A stretch of 64,000 nt of DNA from Candidatus Micrarchaeia archaeon (GCA_038874595.1 JAVZCB010000003.1:59332-123331); one strand, 5' to 3'. Shown: positions 10,784 to 21,290, numbered from the stretch's first letter. A program made the numbers and translations. Notes: a model not told the origin generated them from the sequence alone.

Positions 10784-10920
10784 AGATTATCCCCTAACGG
10801 TGTATTAACAAATGTTTATTATGATGGGATTTAATTTTATTTAATACTCTAGTGGCGATGTCTTTGCTTGTAATACCATATGTATTTAATACAATGAATG
10901 TATTTAGCTTATTAATCGCT

Positions 10921-11451
10921 TCACTCAACAGTATATCCTTCAATAATGTCGAGTGCTTTTTTAATTGCTGTAGCATAAAGAGGATAAAGTTTATTGTATA
11001 CTTCAGTTTCTGTGTGGCACTCAGATACATCTTCGAAAAGTTCAATTATTACCTCACCAGAATCAATTTTACTTGTCATATAATGTACTCCTACAGAAGC
11101 ACGTGATTCATTATCCTTTAGAAGTCTTGCGATTGGTTTTGCACCCTTGTATTTGTAAAGACAAGGATGAACGTTTATACCTCCAAGGCGTAGAAGTGAT
11201 AGAATTTGATCATTTATAATTTTTCTTCCATGAGCACAAACAAACAAATCTGCTTTGAGTTTTTCTAACTTTGATAGAAAAGTATTATTCTCAATCTCAG
11301 TTGGTAATATAGTTAGCAATCCAAAAGCTGTTGCTACTCTGTTAACAATTTCATCTTGGGCTATAACCATTGCAATTTTATCGCCTCTTGCCATTATAGA
11401 AAGTAAACATATAACTCCAGCTTGCTTACCCCCATAGAAGACTATTTTCAT
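10921..11451 (-). CDS. Formyltransferase (Fmt/PurN N-terminal domain), probable sugar N-formyltransferase
   Basis: INVHPCLYKYKGAKP, GVHYMTSKIDSGEVI. Confidence 0.85.
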   Translation of the reverse strand: MKIVFYGGKQAGVICLLSIMARGDKIAMVIAQDEIVNRVATAFGLLTILPTEIENNTFLSKLEKLKADLFVCAHGRKIINDQILSLLRLGGINVHPCLYKYKGAKPIARLLKDNESRASVGVHYMTSKIDSGEVIIELFEDVSECHTETEVYNKLYPLYATAIKKALDIIEGYTVE

Positions 11452-11464
11452 AAAATACCTCCTT

Positions 11465-12508
11465 TTATTTTATATGTTTCAATTTTAAAGGCATACCGTA
11501 AGGTAGATCTATCACTGCTCTTTTTCCAAGTGATTTTAAATAATACTTTGGGTGTAATCCATAACCTGGTCGAATAACTTTTATGTTATTTCTTGTGAAT
11601 TTTTCACCTTTTTTTATAGGTTTTGTTGTGAATATTGACCGCCTAAAAAACAAGTGTTTTTTAATTCCACTGCTTAATTTGTATGTTACATCCCCAATCA
11701 CCTGCTCAGCATCTCTCACATTCTTAACCATATTCTTAAACTCATGCGGCTCAAGCGAGAACTTGGCATCAGGCCCACCATCGCTTCTCCTTAATATGAA
11801 ATGCTTCTCAATTATTTTTGCGCCCAGCGCAACCGCAACAACAGGTGCAACTATGCCCATACTATGGTCAGAAAGCCCAGGTATAACCTTAAACCTATTT
11901 CTCATATCAGCTATCGTTTTTAGGTTCATCTCATTTAGCGGTGCAGGGTATGCACTAGTACATTTAAGTAGTGCTATCTGATTATTGCCTTCGCCTCTTA
12001 TCGTCTTGAGTGCCAATTTGATATCCTCCAGTTCCGCCACCCCTGTAGATAAAATAACCGGCTTTTTCTTCTTTGCAATATACCTAATCAAAGGTATATG
12101 ATTAATCTCAAATGAAGCAATTTTGTACACAGGCACTTTGAGCTTTTCAAGGAAATCAACTGCAGTTTCATCAAACGGTGTTGAAAAGAAAACTAATCCT
12201 TCTTCTTTTGCTTTATCCTTTAATTGCGGAAACCAGTCCCAAGGAGTATACGCCTCCTTATATAAGTCATAAAGTGTTTTTCCTTCCCAGATGGTTCCCT
12301 TTATCCTGAAGTAATCATTATCACATTTTATAGTCATTGTATCCGGAGTGTATGTTTGGAATTTAACAGCATCAGCCCCTGCTTTTTTTGCCTCTTCTAT
12401 CAGCTTGAGGGCATACGTTTTTTTCTGCAAATGGTTGCATGATATCTCAGCAACAGTAAATACTGGCTCACCATCACCAACCCATCTATTACCTATTTTT
12501 ATTTTCAT
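11465..12508 (-). CDS. pseI: Pseudaminic acid synthase (NeuB family)
   Basis: AEISCNH, VKFQTYT, KIASFE, KCTSAYP, GLSDHS, IEKHF and C-terminal SAF domain; adjacent to pseB/pseC; ATG 12508 preferred. Confidence 0.9.
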   Translation of the reverse strand: MKIKIGNRWVGDGEPVFTVAEISCNHLQKKTYALKLIEEAKKAGADAVKFQTYTPDTMTIKCDNDYFRIKGTIWEGKTLYDLYKEAYTPWDWFPQLKDKAKEEGLVFFSTPFDETAVDFLEKLKVPVYKIASFEINHIPLIRYIAKKKKPVILSTGVAELEDIKLALKTIRGEGNNQIALLKCTSAYPAPLNEMNLKTIADMRNRFKVIPGLSDHSMGIVAPVVAVALGAKIIEKHFILRRSDGGPDAKFSLEPHEFKNMVKNVRDAEQVIGDVTYKLSSGIKKHLFFRRSIFTTKPIKKGEKFTRNNIKVIRPGYGLHPKYYLKSLGKRAVIDLPYGMPLKLKHIK

Positions 12509-12509
12509 G

Positions 12510-13628
12510 CTAACCCCCAATAATTTCCTTTATGGAACCAACAACCTTCTCCAATTCTTCATCTTTAAGTGTTGGGTAAATTGGCAAACTGATTATTTTT
12601 GATGATATCTCTTCCACGTTTGGCAACCGTATCCCCCCAAACACTTGCTTGTAATACGTGAACTTATAAACAGGAATGTAATGCACATTTACTCCAATAC
12701 CTCTATTTCTCATCTCACCAAAAAACCTATCCCTCTCAATTGATTTTACCAAGATGGTATAGAGATGCCATGCGTGCCTAACATTTTTCTTAATGTAAGG
12801 TGTCTTTATACCTTGGATACCGTCAAGCATTTTCGTATATTTATTTGCAATCTCAGTTCTCCTTTCAATGAACCTATCGATTTTCATTATCTGTGAAATC
12901 CCGAGCGCACACTGAAAATCAGTTATCCTATAATTCCTTCCAAGAATTTTCATATCATACCTGTAATCTGCCCTCTCTGAAGGCGTCTTATCTATCCCGT
13001 GATTTCTTAGCAATTTCATTTTTTGGTATAATTTTTCATCATTTGTTGTAACAGCTCCTCCCTCTCCAGTTGTGATAATCTTTACCGGGTGAAAACTAAA
13101 CGCCGTAATATCAGCAATGCCTCCAATCTTTTTACCTTTATATTCCGCACCTAAAGAATGTGCCGCGTCTTCGATTAAGTATAAATTATGCTTTTCAGCA
13201 ATCTCTTTGAGCTCATCAAGATCACACGGCTGGCCAGCATAATCAACACATATTATTGCTTTCGTTTTGCTTGTTATTCTTTTTCTTACATCTTCAGGAT
13301 CTATATTATATGTTTGTGGGTTAATATCAGCAAACACAGGTTTGCAATTGTTGTATAGAATACAATTAGCAGATGCGGCGAACGTAAAAGGAGTTGTAAT
13401 AATCTCACTCCCAGGGGGCAATCCCAAAGATGCAACAGCAATATCAAGCGCGCTTGTCCCAGAGTTGACCGCGACACAAAACTTTGAGTTTACATATTCA
13501 CAAATTTTCTGCTCAAATTCCCTTACTCTAGGCCCTGTTGTAAGGTACTCATCTGTAAGCGCAGTACCTACCGTACTAACATCATCTTTCTCAATTGTTT
13601 GTTTCCCATAAGGTATCATTAAAGCCAT
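12510..13628 (-). CDS. pseC: UDP-4-amino-4,6-dideoxy-N-acetyl-beta-L-altrosamine transaminase (DegT family)
   Basis: IPYGKQ, NSGTSAL, EDAAHSLG, FSFHPVKIITTGEGG, VNVHYIPV; alternative start at 13619. Confidence 0.88.
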   Translation of the reverse strand: MALMIPYGKQTIEKDDVSTVGTALTDEYLTTGPRVREFEQKICEYVNSKFCVAVNSGTSALDIAVASLGLPPGSEIITTPFTFAASANCILYNNCKPVFADINPQTYNIDPEDVRKRITSKTKAIICVDYAGQPCDLDELKEIAEKHNLYLIEDAAHSLGAEYKGKKIGGIADITAFSFHPVKIITTGEGGAVTTNDEKLYQKMKLLRNHGIDKTPSERADYRYDMKILGRNYRITDFQCALGISQIMKIDRFIERRTEIANKYTKMLDGIQGIKTPYIKKNVRHAWHLYTILVKSIERDRFFGEMRNRGIGVNVHYIPVYKFTYYKQVFGGIRLPNVEEISSKIISLPIYPTLKDEELEKVVGSIKEIIGG

Positions 13629-14608
13629 CCCTCTTTTTTCAGAAATTCTTTAAGTTCATTCCCTTTAAGCCACCATTCATTGTTATCACTTGAATAGTAA
13701 AACCCATCTGGGAGATGCTTGTGCTTTTCGTGAGATTCAGAAACCCAGAATGAAAATTCAGGTTCGATAATGAAATAGTCTTCCTTGAGTATAGTATGCC
13801 GCGCCTCGTCAACACTAATAAGCATCTCATGCAGTTTCTCACCGGGCCTTATACCGATTATCTTCCTTTTTGCATTTGGCGCCATTACATCTGCAAGGTC
13901 AGTTATCTTCACGCTAGGTATTTTTGGGACGAATATCTCACCGCCTTTCATCTCCCTGATGCATCTTAATACTAATTCAACCCCCTGCTCCAACGTTATC
14001 CAAAACCGCGTCATCCTCTCATCAGTTATAGTGATCTCCCCAGCTTCCCTTTGTTTTAGAAACAGCGGGATGACACTGCCATTACTGCCAACCACATTAC
14101 CATAACGCACACACGAGAACCTGGTCCTCCTTTTTCCACTGTATGCATTTGCTTGTATAAATATCTTTTCAGCAGCAAGCTTTGTGGTCCCATAAAGGTT
14201 TACTGGCTGGACGGCCTTATCAGTGCTAATTGCAACTACCTTCTCAACCTCATTATCAATTGCAGCATCAACCACGTTTATTGCACCCTCAATATTGGTT
14301 CTTACAGCCTCAATAGGGTTATACTCACAGACAGGGACGTGCTTTAACGCAGCGGCGTGCACCACGATATCAACACCATTCATGGCCCTGTATAACCTGG
14401 CCTTATCTCTAACATCCCCAACAAAAAACCTCAGCCTGTCATCATTAAACTTTCTTTCCATCTCAACCTGTTTGTGTTCCCCTCTTGAGTATATTCTAAC
14501 CGAGGCAGGGTTGTATTTCTTTAGCACAATCTCAGTAAACTTTTGGCCGAACGAGCCTGTACCACCAGTGAGCAGTATTGTTTTTCCGTCGAGTTCCATA
14601 ACCACCAC
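13619..14608 (-). CDS. pseB: UDP-N-acetylglucosamine 4,6-dehydratase (inverting)
   Basis: TGGTGSFG, HAAALKHVP, STDKAVQPVNLYGTTK, RYGNVVGS, RMTRFWI, GIRPGEKLHE. Confidence 0.93.
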   Translation of the reverse strand: MVVMELDGKTILLTGGTGSFGQKFTEIVLKKYNPASVRIYSRGEHKQVEMERKFNDDRLRFFVGDVRDKARLYRAMNGVDIVVHAAALKHVPVCEYNPIEAVRTNIEGAINVVDAAIDNEVEKVVAISTDKAVQPVNLYGTTKLAAEKIFIQANAYSGKRRTRFSCVRYGNVVGSNGSVIPLFLKQREAGEITITDERMTRFWITLEQGVELVLRCIREMKGGEIFVPKIPSVKITDLADVMAPNAKRKIIGIRPGEKLHEMLISVDEARHTILKEDYFIIEPEFSFWVSESHEKHKHLPDGFYYSSDNNEWWLKGNELKEFLKKEGWL

Positions 14609-14716
14609 TATGCAATTATTAAATTATAACACTTTTTAAGGTTTAATTATACGAGGACCGGTGATTTAGCCATAGATTTAGCATTAGATTATATGCTTTT
14701 TTGTCTTTAACTATAC

Positions 14717-15496
14717 GTGAACAGAAGACAGCTCGCAAACAATATACTCTATAGAATAAACCGTGCTTTAGATATGCTTTCAGGGGATGCGGAAGGAAAG
14801 GCACCAGACAAAGCGTTAATGGTAGAAATAAGAAAAGAATTGCTAAATCTCCCTATAATTTATCAACGCATACCATTTAAAGAATTTAAGAATTTTCCAT
14901 ATTATCGTGATCCAGCACCTAGGTTAGAATTAATCAGGAAATATGAGGTTGATTTTAAAGGCAAATCTTTCCTAGATTTAGGTAGCTGTTTAGGATATTA
15001 CTGTTTTTCATTGGCTGGTGAAGTAAAAAGAGGTGTTGGTCTAGAGGGGGATGAAAAACTTGTTAAAATATGTAATATGATTAAGAGAATGAAATCTTTA
15101 GAAAATATTGAATTCTACAACGGGTTTATTACTCCTCAAAATATAAATAAATTTGGCAAATTTGATTTCACCATTTTCTTTTCTACGATGCACCATATCC
15201 TTCCTAGTAAAGAGTACTATCCAAGGCCGTATGGGTGGGACGGTGAGCAAGGAGAAGAGTTTGCGCATTCAATTCTTGATGTTATTTCTAAGAATAGCAA
15301 AAGACTTTACTTTGAAATGGGCGTTCCATACGAAGCAGGATGGGAAAAAAGATTGGCATTTATGTTGCCAGACCCTGTTAAATACATACAAGATATGCTC
15401 TCAGAACATTATCCTTCTATTAAAATTATACGTCCACTTGATCTTAAGATTATTAAGCACAATTTGGATGGTAGACCTATATTTTTATGTGAATGA
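14717..15496 (+). CDS. Class I SAM methyltransferase (WbdD-like domain)
   Basis: FLDLGSCLGYYCFSLA, FDFTIFFSTMHHI, LYFE. Confidence 0.75.
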   Translation: MNRRQLANNILYRINRALDMLSGDAEGKAPDKALMVEIRKELLNLPIIYQRIPFKEFKNFPYYRDPAPRLELIRKYEVDFKGKSFLDLGSCLGYYCFSLAGEVKRGVGLEGDEKLVKICNMIKRMKSLENIEFYNGFITPQNINKFGKFDFTIFFSTMHHILPSKEYYPRPYGWDGEQGEEFAHSILDVISKNSKRLYFEMGVPYEAGWEKRLAFMLPDPVKYIQDMLSEHYPSIKIIRPLDLKIIKHNLDGRPIFLCE

Positions 15497-15509
15497 TACT
15501 AAAGATTAG

Positions 15510-16652
15510 TTGAGATGTATGTATCCGGGCTATCATAATTGGTTATGTCTTTTGGATCTTAAGGATAAAAGTGTATTGCTTTATTCGAAGGAGGATTATG
15601 ATACTATATGTAACTTTATAGAAAAATACGGCGGAAAAATTGCTCATAATGAGAAAGAGGTTGATTATCTTATTTTGGTGAATGTGCCGAAAAGCAAGAT
15701 TGATATAGGAAATATAAAATATACCGTTTTGGTTGAGGTTGCAGATAACAAGATTTCATATTACGGAATTAATCCCTCTGGTCAGGTTTCTATTTTTGGT
15801 AGTTATGATAGATATGTTGTTTTTAGGAGGCCACATGAGAGGGGTTACAAATATGTTGCACCATTTTCTGCGCCCATCGATCTTTATATACCAAGATATA
15901 GCGGTTCTTTTGCAAGAAAAAGTTTTCTTGTCTGGCTGGCGCATGCTTTTAGCCCTTTATTTAAAAGGATGATGCCTGCCGAAATAAGAATTTATGGTAA
16001 GCAAAAGAATCCAATCGAGGAAAAAATAGGAAAAGTTGTGTGGTCAAAATTTAAATCAAAGTACTTTGATTATTCTATAATTGGTGATACAAAAAGAGAT
16101 GACAAGAGTAGGATTGTATGTATTGTAAGTGTTGGTAATAGAAAGTACATAACGAAATTCCCTAGATGGGGGTATAGTGGTAATCTTAATTCAGAATACA
16201 AGAAACTATCGAGGCTTATTTCATTGGGTGTTACAAATCAGAAAGCGATTTATTCAGATAATCCAACATGCTTGATAATTGAGTATGTTGAAGGCAATAA
16301 TCTCTTGGATGAATTTGCTATCACAAGGGATATAAAGTTATTAAAGAGAGCAATTTTAGAGGTTGCCAAGTTTCACAAAAAATCTGCACGCGTAGGGGTT
16401 CCGGTATCTCATGGTGATTTGGGAGCAGTTAATTTTATTGTTTCTAAGAAAGGTGAAATACAAATAATCGATTGGGAGAGCGCCAAATTCACAAGAGACC
16501 AGAAAAGTGATAAGGAGAAAGCAATAAATGCATTATCTATTCTTTATCATAAGGTTATGAGAGAACAATGCTGTTTTGATAACAAGCATTCTTTTATAAG
16601 TAATATGCTTACCGAAGCTTATAATGACTTTTTTAAAAAAGCAGACTTTTAA
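15510..16652 (+). CDS. Protein with C-terminal APH/kinase-like phosphotransferase domain
   Basis: TKFP, IIEYVEG, HGDLGAVNFIV, IIDWE. Confidence 0.8.
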   Translation: MRCMYPGYHNWLCLLDLKDKSVLLYSKEDYDTICNFIEKYGGKIAHNEKEVDYLILVNVPKSKIDIGNIKYTVLVEVADNKISYYGINPSGQVSIFGSYDRYVVFRRPHERGYKYVAPFSAPIDLYIPRYSGSFARKSFLVWLAHAFSPLFKRMMPAEIRIYGKQKNPIEEKIGKVVWSKFKSKYFDYSIIGDTKRDDKSRIVCIVSVGNRKYITKFPRWGYSGNLNSEYKKLSRLISLGVTNQKAIYSDNPTCLIIEYVEGNNLLDEFAITRDIKLLKRAILEVAKFHKKSARVGVPVSHGDLGAVNFIVSKKGEIQIIDWESAKFTRDQKSDKEKAINALSILYHKVMREQCCFDNKHSFISNMLTEAYNDFFKKADF

Positions 16653-16686
16653 GTAGCTTTTTAACTTTCATGATTTAATTAGATAT

Positions 16687-18126
16687 GTGAGTCGGCTTAT
16701 AAAAGATTCATTTTTCACAACGTTTACATTTTTTGCCGAGCGTAGTTTCGGTTTTGTAAGAGAACTTATTCTTGCATCTTTGCTTGGTCCAACAGCGATG
16801 GGCCTTCGAAATATAATTTTAGTATTAAATGGTTATAGTTTGTACTTGCCTCTCGGTGTCAATATCGAGGTTTATAGAAAAATTACAAAAAATCTCAACA
16901 GGAACACACAAGATGTTATAAAAGACCAAAAGATTGTTATGTCATGGAGTTTTTTCACTTCTCTACTACTTACAGTAATAATAGTTCTATATATATTATC
17001 TGCGGATCTTCCTATTGAATTTAGGATTGCACTAATCTTTTTGATTTTGATGTCTATTTTTTTGTTATTTACAAATCCGCTAGCATATTTTTTGCATGCG
17101 GCAGGCGAGTTTAAAAAAGCTAGTATGATTGAATCGGTAAAAGTTTTTCTTGATTTTATCCTAACAGTCCTCCTCGCATACTATTTTGGTTTTCTTGGTG
17201 CGGTCTTAGGCCTTTCAATAGCGCTCTTTATTAGGTATATGCTATACAGAAAAGCATTTAGCAAGTATAATATTTCATTCGAGTGGGATTACATATTCAA
17301 GAGATGGGACGATTTCATAAAAACACTTAAAGCGGGCCTGCGCCTTTTTATGACATCGATTGCGAGCACTATTTACGCGCAGGTTGACAGCTTAATTACA
17401 GTTGTAATGCTTGGCCCTGCAGCGTTGGGTATATATGGCATTGCAACCACCCTTAATCAATTAATCTATGGCACATACGGCTCAACTGTAATCCCGGTAG
17501 GCCAAAGGATGTACAAATCCGCAGATGACGAAGCAAAACTAAAAAGATATTTGGATATGCTCTCAGGCATATCTTCGTATCTGATGGTATTTCCTATAAT
17601 TGCAATAGTTCTAATTTCACCGTATATAATAAACTACTTTATACCAGCATTTAGTGATGCGATCCCGGTAATAGGTGTGCTTGCGGTTGCATCATTCTTC
17701 AATGTAACTTTAAACCCCATTTCAAATTACTTACTTACAAAACGCAAAGAGAACCTAATCACAATCTCAACATTAGTTGCGGCCACACTCAACCTCATTC
17801 TTAATATATACTTAATCCAGCAAGGGTATGGCTTAACGGGCGTAGCGTATGCAACCTCAATTTCCTACTTTGTTAATTTTGCACTTTTGATGTATCTTTC
17901 AAAAGCGCTTGAGCTGGGGAAGGTGCTCGAAGACCTTCTTCCTTTCATTTACCTAATATCTGTACTTTGGGCATGGACTACAAACTATACAATATATTTG
18001 CTGCCTGTGTTTACAATAATTTACGTACCTATTTTACTGTATGTATTTTACAAGCGTGGCATACTTTCTTATTTGCTTAATGTAATAAGCGAGCTCAAGG
18101 CGAAGTTGCTATTGCAAAAGCGTTAA
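16687..18126 (+). CDS. Oligosaccharide flippase (Wzx/MOP family)
   Basis: About 14 hydrophobic segments; LASLLGPTAMG, LGPAALGIYGIA, YGLTGVAYATSISY. Confidence 0.88.
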   Translation: MSRLIKDSFFTTFTFFAERSFGFVRELILASLLGPTAMGLRNIILVLNGYSLYLPLGVNIEVYRKITKNLNRNTQDVIKDQKIVMSWSFFTSLLLTVIIVLYILSADLPIEFRIALIFLILMSIFLLFTNPLAYFLHAAGEFKKASMIESVKVFLDFILTVLLAYYFGFLGAVLGLSIALFIRYMLYRKAFSKYNISFEWDYIFKRWDDFIKTLKAGLRLFMTSIASTIYAQVDSLITVVMLGPAALGIYGIATTLNQLIYGTYGSTVIPVGQRMYKSADDEAKLKRYLDMLSGISSYLMVFPIIAIVLISPYIINYFIPAFSDAIPVIGVLAVASFFNVTLNPISNYLLTKRKENLITISTLVAATLNLILNIYLIQQGYGLTGVAYATSISYFVNFALLMYLSKALELGKVLEDLLPFIYLISVLWAWTTNYTIYLLPVFTIIYVPILLYVFYKRGILSYLLNVISELKAKLLLQKR

Positions 18127-18129
18127 ATT

Positions 18130-18348
18130 ATTGATTCTTGGTTTTTCTTTTAAATAATTTCTTAGTGTTTTTTGTAAAGTTTTTTTAGTGTGGTTTCTTT
18201 TTTAAAAGAAAAAGTACAAGTGTGGTTCTTTCCTTTTCTAAAAGAAAAGAATCCTAAAACTTAGAAAACCAAAACAAGCTTTCTTTTCTAGATATAAGTT
18301 TTCTTTTCTAGTGTAGTTCTTTTCTTTTTCTAAAAGAAAAGAAGTACA
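18130..18348. repeat. AT-rich imperfect tandem palindromes between the convergent flippase gene and rRNA operon (probable terminator zone)
   Basis: Three copies of GTGT(G/A)GTT..CTTT..T(C)TAAAAGAAAA near 18188, 18220 and 18311, each self-complementary. Confidence 0.6.
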
Positions 18349-18379
18349 AGGATGGAAATTTTAAGGAAGTGCATTTGGC
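18349..18379 (-). other. 3' strand of the 23S pre-rRNA processing stem (BHB)
   Basis: Pairs with 21302-21332: AGGATGGAAAT-GAGG-TTG-AAGTGCATTTGGC against GCCAAATGCACTT-CCTT-AAA-ATTTCCATCCT, a canonical bulge-helix-bulge. Confidence 0.85.
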
Positions 18380-18389
18380 ATAGAACTAT

Positions 18390-21290
18390 TGTTAAGGGCT
18401 TTAGTAGCAGTGGACTCGCAAATCGCCGAAGCTCTAAGCTTACATCCCTGCCCTATCAAACCCGTCTGTTACGGGCGCCCATACTGCGTCGTTTCGGGTG
18501 CGGCTTCGACCTTAGATGCTTTCAGGTCTTATCCGCCTGGAGCGCAGCTACCCGGCAGTGCTTTTCACAACCGGTATACCGGAGGCTCCGAGCCATCGTT
18601 CCTCTCGTACTAAATGGTCCTTCCCCTCACGCATAATCACACTTCCAGTAGATACCACCGTACTGTCTCGCGACGTACTGAACCCAGCTCACGTAGCTCT
18701 TTAACGGATGAACAACCCGACCCTTGGCGGCTTATGCACCACCAGGATGAGCTGAGCCGACAGCGATGTATCAAACCGCGAGGTCGATATGTACTCTCGC
18801 CCGCGACCAATCGGTTACCCCCGGGGTAACTTGTCTGACAGCTAGGACCCTCACCAAAAGGGAATGCCTAGGTTCGCTAGACCCGGCTTTCGCCCCTGCG
18901 TTCCACGCTTTTAGGAACACAGTCAGCCCGACATTTGTTCTTGTCCCTTACCGGTGGATTTCTGACCCACCTAAGTCGAGCATTGGGCACCCTTGTTTCC
19001 TTTTCGAGGGCGTACCACCCCAGCCAAACTATCCACCTGCAGCTGTCCTTCGGATGAAGTAAGGGTTATCGTCTCCGTTGGGTGGTGTTACAGGATTGAC
19101 TCCACGCAGCCCAGAAGCTGCGCTTCGACGTCTCCCACCTACGCTCTGCAACAGAAACAATAACCCAACAACAGGATATAGTGAAGCTCCACGGGGTCTT
19201 CTTTTCCCACTGGAAGACCTCGGTATATTCACCGAGTAATGAGTTCACCAGGTCCCGGGTAGGGACAGTAGAAGAGACGTTATGCCCTTCATGCAAGCCG
19301 CCAATTAAGCGGCGAGGTATTACGCTACCTTAAGAGGGTCAGAGTTACCCCCGCTCTTTACCAGCGCTTAGGCCCGTTGGACCGGGCTTTCACGTACTGG
19401 CAGTGAGCAGGCATCGGCCATTGTACTAAGCCTTACGGCTTTGCAATGACCTGTGTTTTTGGTAAACAGTCGCTCTTCCCTTGTCACTGCGACCTGCTGA
19501 TGCAACATTTCTGCAACAACAGCAGGCACCCCTTCTTCCTAAGTTACGAGGCTAATTTTCCGAGTTCCCTTACCCGAGTTCTCCTGCCACGCCTTGGCCT
19601 TTTCAGCCAGGGGCACCTGTATTAGTTCTAGGTACGATCTTGCAGGGTCGTTATCCGCTCACTTTTCGTGGACTCATGGCCTCAACCGAATCCCCAAACG
19701 GGGACCATTCCTCACTTTCAACCACTTCTCCTCATAATGAGTCTCGATGGTTGTATGAGAGTTAGACAGAGTCTCCTCTGCTCGGCCTAGCCGCAAGTGT
19801 CATGAGTGGATCTTGCGTTGCCGCACCTACCTGCAAGGCACCGGAATATTAACCGGTTTCCCTTTCGCTGTAAGGTGATTGGCCTACAGCTTAGGATCGG
19901 CTAACTCTCCGCTGACGAACGTTGCGGAGAAAACCGTGCCCTTTCGGCGTTTGGGATTCTCACCCAAATTTGCTGTTACTAACACCAGGATATTCATTCC
20001 GCACAGCTCCACAGGACCTCACGGCCCTGCTTCTGCACCGTGCCGACGCCTTCCTACTAGATCACACACAGAGTGTGCGCTCCTAGGTATCGGTGGCTGG
20101 TATAGCCCCTTTATCTTCGGAAACTGCCCTCTCGGTTGGTCCGCTATTACGCGTTGCTTAGAGGATGGCTGCTTCTAAGCCTACCTCCCAACTGTCTGTG
20201 AGAGGGGTTTCCTTAGCGTTTAGCACTTAACCAGCACTTGGGGACCTTAACCTAAGTCTCGGTCGTTCCCGTCACGCCCCCCGGGTTTACCCCAGGGCAC
20301 CCGACTGCACCCTTCTACGACGAGCTAATGTTCGGAGTTTAAAAGGGAAGTAGAGCCTTTCGACTCCGTGTTTCCCGATTAGTGCTCTACCACTAGTTCA
20401 GTCTCCAGGTGCGCCATGCTGAGACATGCTTCGGAAGGAACCCGCTATCGCCATGTTCGAATGGACTTTCACCCCTATACGTCGGTCACCTAAGCAGATA
20501 TACTAGCACTAGTTGAGCGCCTCCACCGGTTTTTAGACCGGCTTCGCACTGCCAACGCATAGATCACAATGGCTTCGGGTCTTGCAGTAGTGATTAACGC
20601 CTTTTCAGACGCCCCACCTCGCTTGTACTGCGTGGGCTCGCTTTCGCTCCGCATTTCTGCTCACCACTCCTGCAAACTCCCTGGCTCTTGCTTCGAGAAG
20701 AAAGACAAGACACTGGTCCCCTCATTTCGTTTCCACCCTCTCGAGTGGTCACTTCAATAAGGATCTACCCTTTCGCGCCTTGCCAACATGTCGCCATACA
20801 GTTTCAGGCTCTTTTAACCCTCCTACCTGGAGTGCTTTTCAGCGTTCCCTCACGGTACTAATCCGCTATCGGACTCCGGCATCTGTTTAGATTTAGAGGT
20901 TGGTACCCCCATATTCCGACTCCCTCAGGGAGCCGTACTCTTTGCACCTTCCTCCAGCACAATCCGCTTACGGGGCTATCACCCTTTATCGCAGAGCTTT
21001 CCATCTCACTTCAGCTCATGTACTGGATAGAATTGGTGCACCACATCCGCCCCGAAGTTACCCTCGGGGAGTTCGGTTTGATTCTGTTGGGCGTTCACTC
21101 GCCGTTACTAACCCAATCGCAATTGCTTTCTTTTCCTCCCGCTACTAAGATGCTTCAATTCACGGGGTTACAGCCCATTTCTGGGCAACGGGCGATCTCG
21201 GGTTCAATGGTCGCATGCACCTACCCCGAGCTTATCGCAGCTTGCCACGGCCCAAAGCCGGAACCAGGCCATCCCCTGTATGGCTTAAAC
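18390..21290 (-). rRNA. rrl: 23S rRNA (ends approximate)
   Basis: Sarcin-ricin loop (AGTACGAGAGGAAC), PTC segments, GTAACTCTGACCCTCTTAAGGTAGC, GGCAAGCTGCGATAAGC near the 5' end; about 2.9 kb. Confidence 0.97.

Noticed and set aside
10794-11106. Short ORFs 10794-11045 and 10852-11106
   Set aside because: They overlap the formyltransferase and show no recognisable motif.
19490-19530. Possible mini-intron in the 23S
   Set aside because: Falls in a length-variable helix, no convincing BHB, and the overall 23S length is normal.
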